A stretch of DNA of 64,000 nucleotides from Actinomycetes bacterium (GTDB lineage Bacteria; Actinomycetota; Actinomycetes; Mycobacteriales; Mycobacteriaceae), in the NCBI GenBank assembly GCA_022600605.1, contig JAHZKD010000441.1:15666-79665 (forward strand), given 5' to 3'. Of this stretch, positions 1 to 10,596 are shown one piece after another. Positions within the stretch are counted from its first letter, which is position 1. Each line of letters starts with the position of its first letter. The position numbers and the translations under genes are program-made. The notes below the pieces were generated by a model, which saw only the letters and a list, made by a program, of their open reading frames with translations, did not search any database and was not told the origin of the DNA.

Positions 1-181
1 CGGTGTGGGTGAGCCCGTCTGGCCCCATGGCTTGCACGTGCACCACCGGCCCGGTGCGCCGCGCAACCACCGCCACTGTCACCGCACGCGCCGGTGCCGG
101 GTTGTGCCGCAGCCTTGCCACCGGCTTGCCCTGATCGCGTGCGGCCACCCGTAACGCCAGATCAAACAGCGCCGCGCTCAT
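1..181 (-). CDS. Hypothetical protein, N-terminal part only (runs off the window edge)
   Basis: ATG at 181 overlaps the stop of the preceding ORF (ATGA coupling); reads MSAALFDLALRVAARDQGKPVARLRH... with no stop before base 1. Confidence 0.55.
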   Translation of the reverse strand, partial: MSAALFDLALRVAARDQGKPVARLRHNPAPARAVTVAVVARRTGPVVHVQAMGPDGLTHT

Positions 182-365
182 AGCTGCCCTCCCTGCTCAT
201 CGGGGGCCACACCGTGGGCAGCGGCGAACCCGTCAGCGAGCGCCGCAGTCGCCAGGTCGTCACTAGGCCGGTCAGCAGCCTCGCGCAGCGTTTCCGGTGT
301 CCAGCCGGTGCCCGCCAGCACCGTGGCCGCCCACCGATTGAACTCTGGGGCACCGCCAGTCCCGC

Positions 366-369
<4 letters not shown>
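178..369 (-). CDS. Small hypothetical protein (63 aa)
   Basis: MSGTGGAPEFNRW...GGQL; ATGA-coupled to the vWA gene stop (366-369) and to the next gene. Confidence 0.6.
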
Positions 370-1657
<1,288 letters not shown>

Positions 1658-1658
<1 letters not shown>

Positions 1659-2764
1659 TAGGCTGCGCTCCCCACATCTAGGCCCGCCGCGATCATCACA
1701 TCGGTGAAGGCCCGCGCCGCCGCTGGCGGTGTCGCACCAGGGGGCATCGCCACACTGAGCGCGCGAGCCGCCGCCCCGGCCACATCGGGGGCACCGTGAG
1801 TAGCCGCAGCCACCAACGGCCCCCATGCCTGCGTCCATGCCGCCTTGGTGCCCTTGCCCGAGGCCCACGCCACCACACCGGACAGCACCGCCCACAGCTG
1901 ATCGGGTCGCGCGCTAGCCCAATCCACCACCGAGGGATCAGCGAGAACCTCTGCCACGCTGGGCAGGTCCATGCTGGCCCGCCACTCAACAAATTCGCTG
2001 CCAGCACCGTCCCCGACCAGACCCCAGGCCACCGCCGCGATAGCAGCGGTGTCATCGCGTCGAAGTTGGGCCAACACCCGCGACATCGCCTCCCAGGACC
2101 GCCGCGACGGCCACGCCCGACCAGCAGCCTCGTCGCTGTCGGGATAGGCATGCAACAGACCAGGTCGAGCTTCAATAAAGGCCGTCACCACCCCGACTTC
2201 CTCTGCGATGCGCACCTTGTCGGCAGCCACCGCCCGCGAGGCAGGCAACGTGGCGAACGCGGTACGCATCCCGGTTAGCCATTCCTCGGTCGTGGGCTCA
2301 AAGTCAACATGTAGAAACCGATTCGCCATCGGCGGGGCCAGATCCACCCCGCCCGCACTGGAATCAGCAGGATTCGCCGCAGCCACAATTCTCACCTCGT
2401 CAGGCAGGCGGGTGCGACCCACAGTGCGCTCCAACGCCACAGTCAACATCGCTGCCTGCACAGACGCCGAGCACGTCGACAATTCATCGAGCAGCAGATA
2501 CCCGCCACCGGAATCCAACAGCGTCTTCGCCCAATCCGGCAACGCCAACGTCTGCACCGAGTCATCGGTCACCACAGGCCACCCGGCAATATCAACCGGC
2601 TCACGCTGCGAACCGATCACCGTCTCCACCGGAACACCATCAGCAGCAGCCAACGCCCTGACGACAGAAGACTTCCCGGTGCCAGGATCACTCCACAACA
2701 GCACCGGCACGTGCGCGCGAGCCGCTGCGTCAATCACCGTGACAGTGGTATCAAGATCAGTCAT
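1658..2764 (-). CDS. MoxR-family AAA+ ATPase
   Basis: Walker A variant SDPGTGKSS, Walker B LLLDE, AAANP, NRF arginine finger, PSRRSW; adjacent to the vWA gene. Confidence 0.88.
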
Positions 2765-2802
2765 AGCCCCGACTTCCCTCCCTTTAGGGATTTGGGCTAG
2801 CC

Positions 2803-2870
2803 CCAACGGCTTGCCCTACGCAAACAACACTACCAACGGCCACCGACAACGCATTTCGCCCGCCAACGGC
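2803..2870. repeat. Three CCAACGGC direct repeats at exact 30-bp period
   Basis: Copies at 2803, 2833 and 2863, upstream of the MoxR gene. Confidence 0.7.
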
Positions 2871-2980
2871 ACATACTCACAACCGCCCACCTCACCCCTG
2901 TGGCGGGGTGGGGATTGTGGCGGCCCGTGAGGTGTCATTGTCGGCGCACCTGCGCCGCCGGGATCGGTACAGTGATTGGG

Positions 2981-3559
2981 ATGCAGGCAGAAGGACAACC
3001 GCCGGCCTCCGACGCGGGCGATTCCGCAATTAGCCCCGGTAGCGAAAACAGTGGCCGCGGTCCTGTCGATCTCCCGATGTCCGACCTGCATCCCGTGACG
3101 TCCAAGCTTCCCCAAGCACTGTCCAGCAACGATTACCGCGACCATCTCGAGCATCTACTCAGCGCACCTGCGGACTTGGTTGTGCCCCGCTGGACCCCCA
3201 GGTCCAGCACCGCGATCACGCTGTGCGCGCAGACCGACGTCGGTGCCCCATTGGTGGACGTCATCATCGACCAGTTCCAGTTCCGGGTGCGGGCCCGGCT
3301 CGACGACATCACCCACAGCCGCGAATGTGGGTCGTCGATCTGCTCAGCGCTCTGGCACCGCGCCCTCGAACAGAACAGCCGCGTACAGCACAAGCTCTCG
3401 CAGTATTTCGTGCTCTGGCAGCGCCCCGACAAGGCCGATGCGGTGATGGTGAACTCCTTTGATATCGCAATTGCCGAAGATGCCGGTTGGCGAGGAACAG
3501 TGATGGCTGTGACCTCATGGAACGTTGCTGACTGGCATGCCGGACAGGCGGCGTTATAG
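2981..3559 (+). CDS. Hypothetical protein
   Basis: Long ORF with globular-looking composition, divergent from the MoxR operon; start uncertain (2981 or 3077). Confidence 0.5.
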   Translation: MQAEGQPPASDAGDSAISPGSENSGRGPVDLPMSDLHPVTSKLPQALSSNDYRDHLEHLLSAPADLVVPRWTPRSSTAITLCAQTDVGAPLVDVIIDQFQFRVRARLDDITHSRECGSSICSALWHRALEQNSRVQHKLSQYFVLWQRPDKADAVMVNSFDIAIAEDAGWRGTVMAVTSWNVADWHAGQAAL

Positions 3560-3598
3560 CGCCCAGCTTCGAAGCCGAAGCCGCTGCAGGCTGGGTCG

Positions 3599-4435
3599 TT
3601 AGTTGACGACCGCGATGCGCACCAAGGGGCCGGCTGCCTCAAGGGCGTGCGCCCGGCGGCCCGCGGCGACGCGAAGCACTCGCCGCGGGTAGGGCACATT
3701 GTCGCGGCGGGTACGTGCTTGCGGATAGGCTCGCTCAAATCCGTCGTCGTCGGGCACCATCACCACACTCACGTCGTTGGCCTCGGTGACCTCGAGATCG
3801 GCGGCGGTGGTGGCGATGAAGTCGTCGATTGCTTGCAGTTCGGCCAGCAGGCCCGCCGGCGGGGCGGAGGTGCCGCGCTCGAACTTGGCGTAGTGCGCTC
3901 CGCTGACCCCGAGCAGCCTCGCGGTTTCGTCCTTCAGTAGGCCAGTGGCCAGCCGGCGCACCACCAGATCGGCGCGGCGATCCCCGCGGCGCACTTCGAC
4001 GTCGCGGCCACGTCGGCTCAGTTCAGCTGCGGCGCGGCCCACCGCGACGTACTGCAGCGCCACCGGGTAGGCGACCAGGTCTCGCAGGGTCCGCGCATCA
4101 GGGTAGGCCGACTCGAAGGCGCCTTGGTCGGTCACGGCGTGCAGAACTGCGATGCCTTCGGCCGGCGCAGCGGCCAGCAGCTGCTCTGTCTGGCTGGCGA
4201 CGAACTCCTCCATCGCGATCAGCTCGTCGACGAGGTGCTTGCTGACCTTGAGGCTGCCGGTTTCGCGTGAATGGTATTTGCCCTTGTCAACGCGCAGCGC
4301 CGGCACAATGTCCTCTACACGCAGGCCCAGCGCGTTACGTCGGGCAAGCAAGTCTGACCACAAGTAGGGCTCGTCGATGTCGTCCTCCTGGAAGCGTGCA
4401 GCAGCAGGCAACACACCTGCCAGTCCCGCACTCAT
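3599..4435 (-). CDS. Tandem-duplicated HTH protein, YdiL/Aca2 (DUF1870)-like
   Basis: Two similar halves (RRNALGL...ETG...ELIAM...AFESAYPDART / RRLATGL...ERG...ELQAI...GFERAYPQART); GGAGAG RBS. Confidence 0.7.
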   Translation of the reverse strand: MSAGLAGVLPAAARFQEDDIDEPYLWSDLLARRNALGLRVEDIVPALRVDKGKYHSRETGSLKVSKHLVDELIAMEEFVASQTEQLLAAAPAEGIAVLHAVTDQGAFESAYPDARTLRDLVAYPVALQYVAVGRAAAELSRRGRDVEVRRGDRRADLVVRRLATGLLKDETARLLGVSGAHYAKFERGTSAPPAGLLAELQAIDDFIATTAADLEVTEANDVSVVMVPDDDGFERAYPQARTRRDNVPYPRRVLRVAAGRRAHALEAAGPLVRIAVVN

Positions 4436-4526
4436 GATCCTCTCTCCCCTCCCGGAGGTGCCTCAGGGCCTACCCAATGTGGCCTGCCCGTCGCACCAAC
4501 GGTAACGCTAGGGCCCGTCAGACGAA

Positions 4527-4564
4527 TTCCTACAGCCGCGGCAATTTCCTACAGCCGCGGCAAT
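4527..4564. repeat. Perfect 19-bp tandem repeat TTCCTACAGCCGCGGCAAT x2
   Basis: 4527-4545 and 4546-4564, about 90 bp upstream of the HTH gene. Confidence 0.85.
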
Positions 4565-4634
4565 ACTGCCGCCGGCTGCTGCCTTCGCCCGCAGCTGGTC
4601 TTGCTCGGCCATGGGCAGTGTCGCGACGTACTCC

Positions 4635-4922
4635 TCAGCCGACCGCCGCCTTGCCTATGGCTCGTATCGTCCGCTCGGCGTGTACGTCGGGACAGTCGGC
4701 CATGCAGCAACCGCAGTCCGTGTACTTGCGGGGCATCTGATCCTCCGGATCGTCCATCCAGAGCGGCGGCTGATCGCAACGTCCGTCAGCACGGCTGGTC
4801 CGGTAATGCCGCTTGGGGCACGCGCAGACTTCATCTGGGCCGGGCATGCCTACCACCATGGCGTGGGCGGGTGACAGGTCCCTGCGGACAACGACTAGTC
4901 GATGGTCCCAGATTCCCGCCAT
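4635..4922 (-). CDS. Small Cys-rich hypothetical protein
   Basis: CACPKRH...C...CGCCMADCPDVH; start uncertain. Confidence 0.35.
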   Translation of the reverse strand: MAGIWDHRLVVVRRDLSPAHAMVVGMPGPDEVCACPKRHYRTSRADGRCDQPPLWMDDPEDQMPRKYTDCGCCMADCPDVHAERTIRAIGKAAVG

Positions 4923-5214
4923 TGACGGGCTGACTCAGGCGCGCCGCCAGGAAGTTTGAAGGGATGGCCCCCGAGTACCTCGCTGTCCGCGCCGATACCC
5001 GGATCGGGAGGTGGACGGTGACGACCGTGAATTAACCCGTTGGTCCCGCCGACTTGTCGGTGGATAATGGCAGGGTTTCTGTCAGGTGCCCGGACGTGAT
5101 TGCCCCACGCCCGGTCCCTCGCGGCGGCGGCGCCCGGGGGGTAGATAATGCTTCCCCGGCCCCGCCGACCGGCGACGCGATGGCATTCTCTCCGAGACGA
5201 CAGCTATCCGGGAG

Positions 5215-5469
5215 GTGAGGGGTGTGAGTCTCGTCTACCGTGTCCGGCTTCTATTCGCGGGCCGCTGGGTCGTGGAGAACGTGTTCACAGGCAAGACCAG
5301 AACCATCAACTTGCCGCGGGACGAGCGTTGGGCGCTGGCCGGCGTGCACTCCTACGACTGGTGGTGGGTTAGGCGATGGGGTGAGCAGCCGTGTGGTTGC
5401 CGCATCAATCCGATTACTCGTCGCCGACTGCTGTATGGGTGCGACTTTCATTGCGATGACGACGACTAA
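5215..5469 (+). CDS. Small hypothetical protein with C-terminal Cys/His cluster
   Basis: GGAGG RBS; PCGC...GCDFHCDDDD. Confidence 0.5.
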   Translation: MRGVSLVYRVRLLFAGRWVVENVFTGKTRTINLPRDERWALAGVHSYDWWWVRRWGEQPCGCRINPITRRRLLYGCDFHCDDDD

Positions 5470-5747
5470 GGGGCGCGCCCAGCCATGCACGCAGCATCTC
5501 ACCCAACCCCTCTTCACCCAGCGCTGCGTTAGTCAATCAGGCCGATGCGCCGAGAACTCGGAGCCGCCGCCAGTCACCGCCGGTGTTCGGTAATCGCGGC
5601 ATTAATGTCCGCGACGGCGTGGCCGATGTCCCTGATGCTGTTAGTTGAGGCCTGCCGGGGCAAACCGAACCTAGTCCTGACCAGGCAAGTCACGTACCCT
5701 AAGCCCCCAAGAGACACAAGGCCGCCTAACCGCGCACTATGGAAGCT

Positions 5748-5903
5748 ATGACCACGCCGGACGACAGCTACTATTGCCTGGCCTGCGGCTGCCCTGTCAA
5801 TGAACATGATGAGCAGGGCACCTGCCATGCGCTCGATCTACCCGAACTCGGGCATGTCAATGACTGCATCTGCCCGGGACTCAGGACGCACCAGTCAAAC
5901 TGA
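5748..5903 (+). CDS. Microprotein (51 aa), putative zinc-binding
   Basis: Translated by hand (below the ORF-track cutoff): MTTPDDSYYCLACGCPVNEHDEQGTCHALDLPELGHVNDCICPGLRTHQSN. Confidence 0.5.
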   Translation: MTTPDDSYYCLACGCPVNEHDEQGTCHALDLPELGHVNDCICPGLRTHQSN

Positions 5904-6052
5904 CTCGCCAGCAGTTGCCTGCTTCTTGCTCGGCAGGCTCTTCAGCGCCTGCAGGGCCCCGTAGTTCGATAGGAACATAGCTCGACGGGGTTGTCCGTCG
6001 CATCAACGCGATCCACACGGTGTCACCCCTCCTGCTTGTGGTCTTGCGGCGG

Positions 6053-6697
6053 TCAGCCCCAGGTCGCGGCCACGGCTTTGAGGTCAACCGGTGGGGCGTC
6101 GTTCATCCACACTTGGGTTCTTCCGATGCGCAGGCGGGGCGGGGCTGGGTGCACTCTCCAGGCGTGCAGCGCGAGCATGACCGTGTGGACCAGCACTCGT
6201 GCGTGAAATTGTGTGGGTACCACGATGCTGTCGACGATTGCGCCGCGCTTGAGTAACTCTTGTTTCGACTTTGTTTTGGTGAAAGCAATTTGATACCAGG
6301 GCTGCCGGCGCAGTTCGAGGATGGCCACGGTGTGTTCTGCCAGCCAGCCACGCTCACGCCAGTACGGGATCACCAATTTCCCGGCGGCGATATCGGAGAT
6401 GGCGGCCAAGGCGTACCTGTACTGATGCTCGCTTCTGCGTTCGACATCGGCGGGGCCGCACTGTAGTTGGGAAAGTCGCCGGCTGGGGATCGGTGGGTGA
6501 CGCCGGTTGGCGGCCTCTCCCCCGGCTAGCCAGCGCCGCACTGTGGAGGTCGATACGTTGAGGTAGTCGGCGACGCCGGAGACGTTGACCGCCCCGCGGG
6601 GGCTGGGTCCATAGCAGTCGATGAGCATGGTCACCAAACGTTTTCGGGTCCATCGCGGCCCCTTGAACGGCGCCACGAGCGGATGCTCGGCGCTCAC
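6053..6697 (-). CDS. HTH protein with a Tpg-like N-terminal HTH, last gene of the tap-tpg operon
   Basis: YGPSPRGAVNVSGVADYLNVSTSTVRRWL resembles the HTH of the upstream Tpg-like protein; GTGA overlap. Confidence 0.65.
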   Translation of the reverse strand: MSAEHPLVAPFKGPRWTRKRLVTMLIDCYGPSPRGAVNVSGVADYLNVSTSTVRRWLAGGEAANRRHPPIPSRRLSQLQCGPADVERRSEHQYRYALAAISDIAAGKLVIPYWRERGWLAEHTVAILELRRQPWYQIAFTKTKSKQELLKRGAIVDSIVVPTQFHARVLVHTVMLALHAWRVHPAPPRLRIGRTQVWMNDAPPVDLKAVAATWG

Positions 6698-7428
6698 CGG
6701 TCACCGATCCGCAAGTCGTCGATAGTGAGGAATTCCCAGCCGGGCAGGTAGTTATCACCGGTGTTGGCCCAGTCGGTGAGCCACTGGTGAAGGCCCCGCT
6801 CGCCGCCGTCTTCGTAGGCTGCCAGCATGGCGGCGATGTCTTCGGGTCCTGGCCGCAGCGCCACCTTGCGTTCCCGGCAGTAGTCGTCCTTGGTCGCCTG
6901 GTCTTTTGAGGGGCCTTGGAACCCGCTGACCCACACTGGGGCACCGTTTTTCAGCGCATCGATGCCTTTGGCGCTGCCCCGCAAATCCGCGGTCAGCGAG
7001 CGCCGCCCGGCTTTGGTCGATGTCACCCGCCGAGCCGCAGTGGCCAGCGCCTTGCCGTGATCGGCCGTTGGGCGCTGGGTTCCCCTGGCCCACCGCCGCA
7101 CGGTGGCCTGTGAAACCCCCAATTGTTGGGCTGCTGCCTTGGCGTCGACCGCGCCGCCGCGCGGACCGCGCCCGAACGCGGCCTGCAATAACCCGCGTGG
7201 GCCGCCGGCGCCGGTGCTGTCGGCGCCTTGGCGCCCTGAAACCCCTCGCAAGAATGTGTTGGTCAGCGCCGACCTCGCCCTGCCCAGAGCCGCACTGATG
7301 CGTGATGCGGGCACGCCCAGGCCGGCCGCGGCAGCGTTGATGTCAACCTCGCCCGAGGACGGGTTGCCGTAGTCGGCCAGATCGCGGCTGGTGATGTTTC
7401 GCGCGCGTCGGCGCCGGTTGCCTGCCAT
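6694..7428 (-). CDS. tpg: Tpg-like telomere terminal protein
   Basis: Basic protein with HTH AAAQQLGVSQATVRRW; directly downstream of the Tap-like gene, as in tap-tpg operons. Confidence 0.65.
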   Translation of the reverse strand: MAGNRRRRARNITSRDLADYGNPSSGEVDINAAAAGLGVPASRISAALGRARSALTNTFLRGVSGRQGADSTGAGGPRGLLQAAFGRGPRGGAVDAKAAAQQLGVSQATVRRWARGTQRPTADHGKALATAARRVTSTKAGRRSLTADLRGSAKGIDALKNGAPVWVSGFQGPSKDQATKDDYCRERKVALRPGPEDIAAMLAAYEDGGERGLHQWLTDWANTGDNYLPGWEFLTIDDLRIGDR

Positions 7429-7431
7429 CGG

Positions 7432-10400
7432 TTATGTCCTTGCCGCTTGGGCGCCCTGGGCTACTTCGGGCCAGTCTTGGGGGTCGGTCAGGGAGCCCTT
7501 GCCCCGGTAGGCCCCGCCGTCGAGGTACTTGCCGTGGTCACTCAGTAGTGCTGAGCCCTCGGGTTTGTACTGTCCGAACCCGGTGCCCAGCTTGGCTGGA
7601 TCCCCTGGCCAGGCGGCAATGGGGTCGGCGATGTCGGAGACGTAGAGCACGGTGTCGGTGTGTACCGCGACCGGCCAGCGGTCGGTGCGTTGTCCGATCT
7701 CGTTGCACAGGTAGACGATGTTGGCGTTGGCCTTGGCCATGATGTGGAATCGGCGCTCCGGGCTGTAGCCGGTGCTGCCCTTCAGATAGGTTTCCGAGCC
7801 CAGCAGGCCGATACCGCGGGTGCGCACCACTTTGGTTTGTTGGCGCGCGGCCAACGCATCTGGGTCACCGATATCTAGTGAAACGCTGGCGTCGCGCAGC
7901 CGCTCATACCACCCATTGAGGACCCGGCCGTGCTCTTCCCAGATCCACGCCTCGTGGATCTTGGGCTCGTAGCCCAGCGCGATCGCCCGCTCAAGCCGGG
8001 GCGTGGTGGTCCATTTGGGCCCGGTGAAGTTGATGCTTGTCGGGTTCAGCAGATACGGCAACCGCCAATCACCCTGCTCGGGCACGTCAATCAGCCAGTA
8101 CCCGGGGGTTTTCTTGTCGAATGTTGCACCATCGCTGTGGTGTGTGGGTGCTCCGATCGGTAGCTCCAACCCAGCAATCGCCGCCGGATAGGAGGCGCCG
8201 CGGTCGTAGGCGTGCACGTAGGCGCAGGCGAGCTCATCGGTGGTGGGCTTGCGAGTCCAGTTGTAGTCACGCTCGACGTCGGGAAGGCTGTAGGGGGCCT
8301 CATGGGTCGACGGGGCGAACACCACCTCTTTCCACTGCTGCCAGGAATAGGTCTTGGGCCTGCTGTGCAGCATCAAATCGATGGCCGTCGTGCCTGCCCC
8401 CACTTTCCAGGGGAAACCCAGCGCGTCGGCGAATAGTTGTACTCGACGCGCGATTTGGGCCGGTGTCGGCTCGCCGGCCAACACCGGCATATCGGCCTCT
8501 GAACCCATGCCCGGAATCAGCGCGACCAGCACACCGACCTTGTCTTTGTCGTCGCGGTACACCCGGGTCCAGGCGCCCATTCGCGGGGTGTTGTCCTCGC
8601 CTGCAGCGATCCGCCAGCCTTGCGCGGCGGCCAAAGCCACGAAGTCAATACCCTCGGTGATCCTGCGCAACGACGCGACAGCGTCATATTTTTCGATGGC
8701 TGAGACGTCGATACCGAATTGTTGACACGCCGCCGCGGTGATCCAGATTTGTCCCGGCTCAGCATAGTTGGTGGTCAGTTGGTAGCCCAGTTTGTGCTCA
8801 AGGGCCAATGCCGCGACCTGGCCCAGATGGGTGATCGGCTTGGTGAGCTGCACGCAGGATCCGTCGGGTAACCACAGTCCATCGGTGTGCAACACCGCGG
8901 CCAGCGTGCCACCGGAGGGCTTCTTGGACCTGCTGCTCCCCCGCGCCCGCACCGGTGTGGACTGCCCATCTGCGGCCGCCGGCGATGATGGCCGCCGCCC
9001 CTGGTCTCCGGCTGCATCGGTGACCGATTCTGTGGCGCCCCCGGTTCCGGTGGCCGGTGGGCCAGTGCCGTTGGCGTCCTCGCCAGCAGCAGCCGGGTTG
9101 TGTTCTGGCAGTAGGGATGCCGCGCTGGCCAGGCCCACTGCCGAGGTCAATGCCTCGGCGACTTCGGCGTCGGACTCGGCCAGCAGCACCGCCAGTACCG
9201 TTTCATCGCGTAGAGGCACACTGGTGGTGGTTACGAGGCGCCCGAGCCGGGTGGTGTCGGTGTCGGACAAGTCGATGACCGCGCCGGTGGTTTCCTCACG
9301 CCCTGGGGCATAGATCGTGGTCCCCTCCTCGGCGTAGAGGGGCCACAGCCGGTATTCGCGCGAAATCCTCATGGCCTTGCGGCGCCCGCGGAAACGGATG
9401 TGGGAGGAGATCGCTGCGGCCCAGGCCGGCTGATGGTGGCGGGATTCCGCTCCGAAGACGCTGCCCTCCCCCAGGCCCGTAATGTATTCGGCGGCAGCTG
9501 ATTCCACGAGCTCTTGCAGCGCTGCGTCCTGGGCGAATGCCTCTCGCGCCTCCCGCATCCGCTTGGCCCAGGCTTCTAGCACCCGGCTCTGCTGGGGCCA
9601 GACGATCGCTTCTTCAACCGCGAGCTGGCCGATAGATACTGCAGCGCCGCCGTCGCGGACCGCTTTGGTCAGCCCAACAAGGTCTTCTGTGGTAACCCAC
9701 GCCGGTGTGGGCTCCTGAGCGCACATCAGCGGATGCGGAAACGGCAGCCTCGCCGGAAGTGTGAGCGCAGTGGCCGCCGGCAGACTTACCCGCCACAACC
9801 CGAAGGGCCGCTTCGACGACGATGCCGCCGCGACCGCGGCAGCGGCGTCGAGCACCTCAGGGGTTCCGTGCCCGAGCATCACCATCCCCGCCGAAGCCAG
9901 CTGGGGGCACTGTTGGGTCAGGCGGGCCAATTCGCCGGAGGCCTCGAACGCCTCCTCAACCGCCTCGGCGCTAGCGCACCACGACGGCTGGATTCGCCTC
10001 TCAGGGCGCACCCGGGACGGCAGCACCGCGGGGGTGTCCACCACGGCGCCGCGCTCGCGCACGGCCATGATGTGCTCGGCAAGGACCGCCCCGGATCCGG
10101 GGCCGCTGGCCTCCGGCAGCACCCCGATCGCCGCATGCCACCGCGACAGACGCCGCCCGAGCTCCTTGACATCCTCGGCTGTTTCGGAGCTGCCACCAGC
10201 TAGCCACGGGTCCGGCTCGGCGAGGATCTGCACCTCCAGTCGCGCTTTCCCGCGGCCGCGGGCCACCGTGACCCCCGAGGAAGGTCCCGGACGCAGTTCC
10301 CAGCCACCTGCGACCAGCGGCGCCAAAACGTGGCTGATCGGTTCCCGAAGATCAGCGGTCTCACCCAGCGGGCCCAGGAGCTGCTCACAGCCAGCACCGA

Positions 10401-10596
10401 CGAGCCACAGCCGCCCCGCGATGGCTGTGTCTTGGGCTGCCGAACCGACCGGCTGCAGACCGCCGCGCTCGTGTGCCCACGCAATCAAGGTGCCCAGCTT
10501 GTCCACCGAATCAACCGGACCGGTCAGCTTCTCCCCCGCGACAGTGAATGTTCCCGCCGCCGCAGCGATCACCACATGGCTGTCCAGAGCGCTCAT
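7432..10596 (-). CDS. tap: Tap-like telomere-associated protein / protein-primed polymerase with internal duplication
   Basis: C-terminal half has YDRGASYPAA..GLELPIG.P, KKTPGYWL, PKW.TTP, PVAVHTDTVLYVS, GFGQYK.EG motifs typical of Tap. Confidence 0.75.
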   Translation of the reverse strand: MSALDSHVVIAAAAGTFTVAGEKLTGPVDSVDKLGTLIAWAHERGGLQPVGSAAQDTAIAGRLWLVGAGCEQLLGPLGETADLREPISHVLAPLVAGGWELRPGPSSGVTVARGRGKARLEVQILAEPDPWLAGGSSETAEDVKELGRRLSRWHAAIGVLPEASGPGSGAVLAEHIMAVRERGAVVDTPAVLPSRVRPERRIQPSWCASAEAVEEAFEASGELARLTQQCPQLASAGMVMLGHGTPEVLDAAAAVAAASSSKRPFGLWRVSLPAATALTLPARLPFPHPLMCAQEPTPAWVTTEDLVGLTKAVRDGGAAVSIGQLAVEEAIVWPQQSRVLEAWAKRMREAREAFAQDAALQELVESAAAEYITGLGEGSVFGAESRHHQPAWAAAISSHIRFRGRRKAMRISREYRLWPLYAEEGTTIYAPGREETTGAVIDLSDTDTTRLGRLVTTTSVPLRDETVLAVLLAESDAEVAEALTSAVGLASAASLLPEHNPAAAGEDANGTGPPATGTGGATESVTDAAGDQGRRPSSPAAADGQSTPVRARGSSRSKKPSGGTLAAVLHTDGLWLPDGSCVQLTKPITHLGQVAALALEHKLGYQLTTNYAEPGQIWITAAACQQFGIDVSAIEKYDAVASLRRITEGIDFVALAAAQGWRIAAGEDNTPRMGAWTRVYRDDKDKVGVLVALIPGMGSEADMPVLAGEPTPAQIARRVQLFADALGFPWKVGAGTTAIDLMLHSRPKTYSWQQWKEVVFAPSTHEAPYSLPDVERDYNWTRKPTTDELACAYVHAYDRGASYPAAIAGLELPIGAPTHHSDGATFDKKTPGYWLIDVPEQGDWRLPYLLNPTSINFTGPKWTTTPRLERAIALGYEPKIHEAWIWEEHGRVLNGWYERLRDASVSLDIGDPDALAARQQTKVVRTRGIGLLGSETYLKGSTGYSPERRFHIMAKANANIVYLCNEIGQRTDRWPVAVHTDTVLYVSDIADPIAAWPGDPAKLGTGFGQYKPEGSALLSDHGKYLDGGAYRGKGSLTDPQDWPEVAQGAQAART

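Noticed and set aside
2803-2870. Possible mini-CRISPR array
   Set aside because: Repeats are only 8 bp, there are three copies, and no cas genes are present
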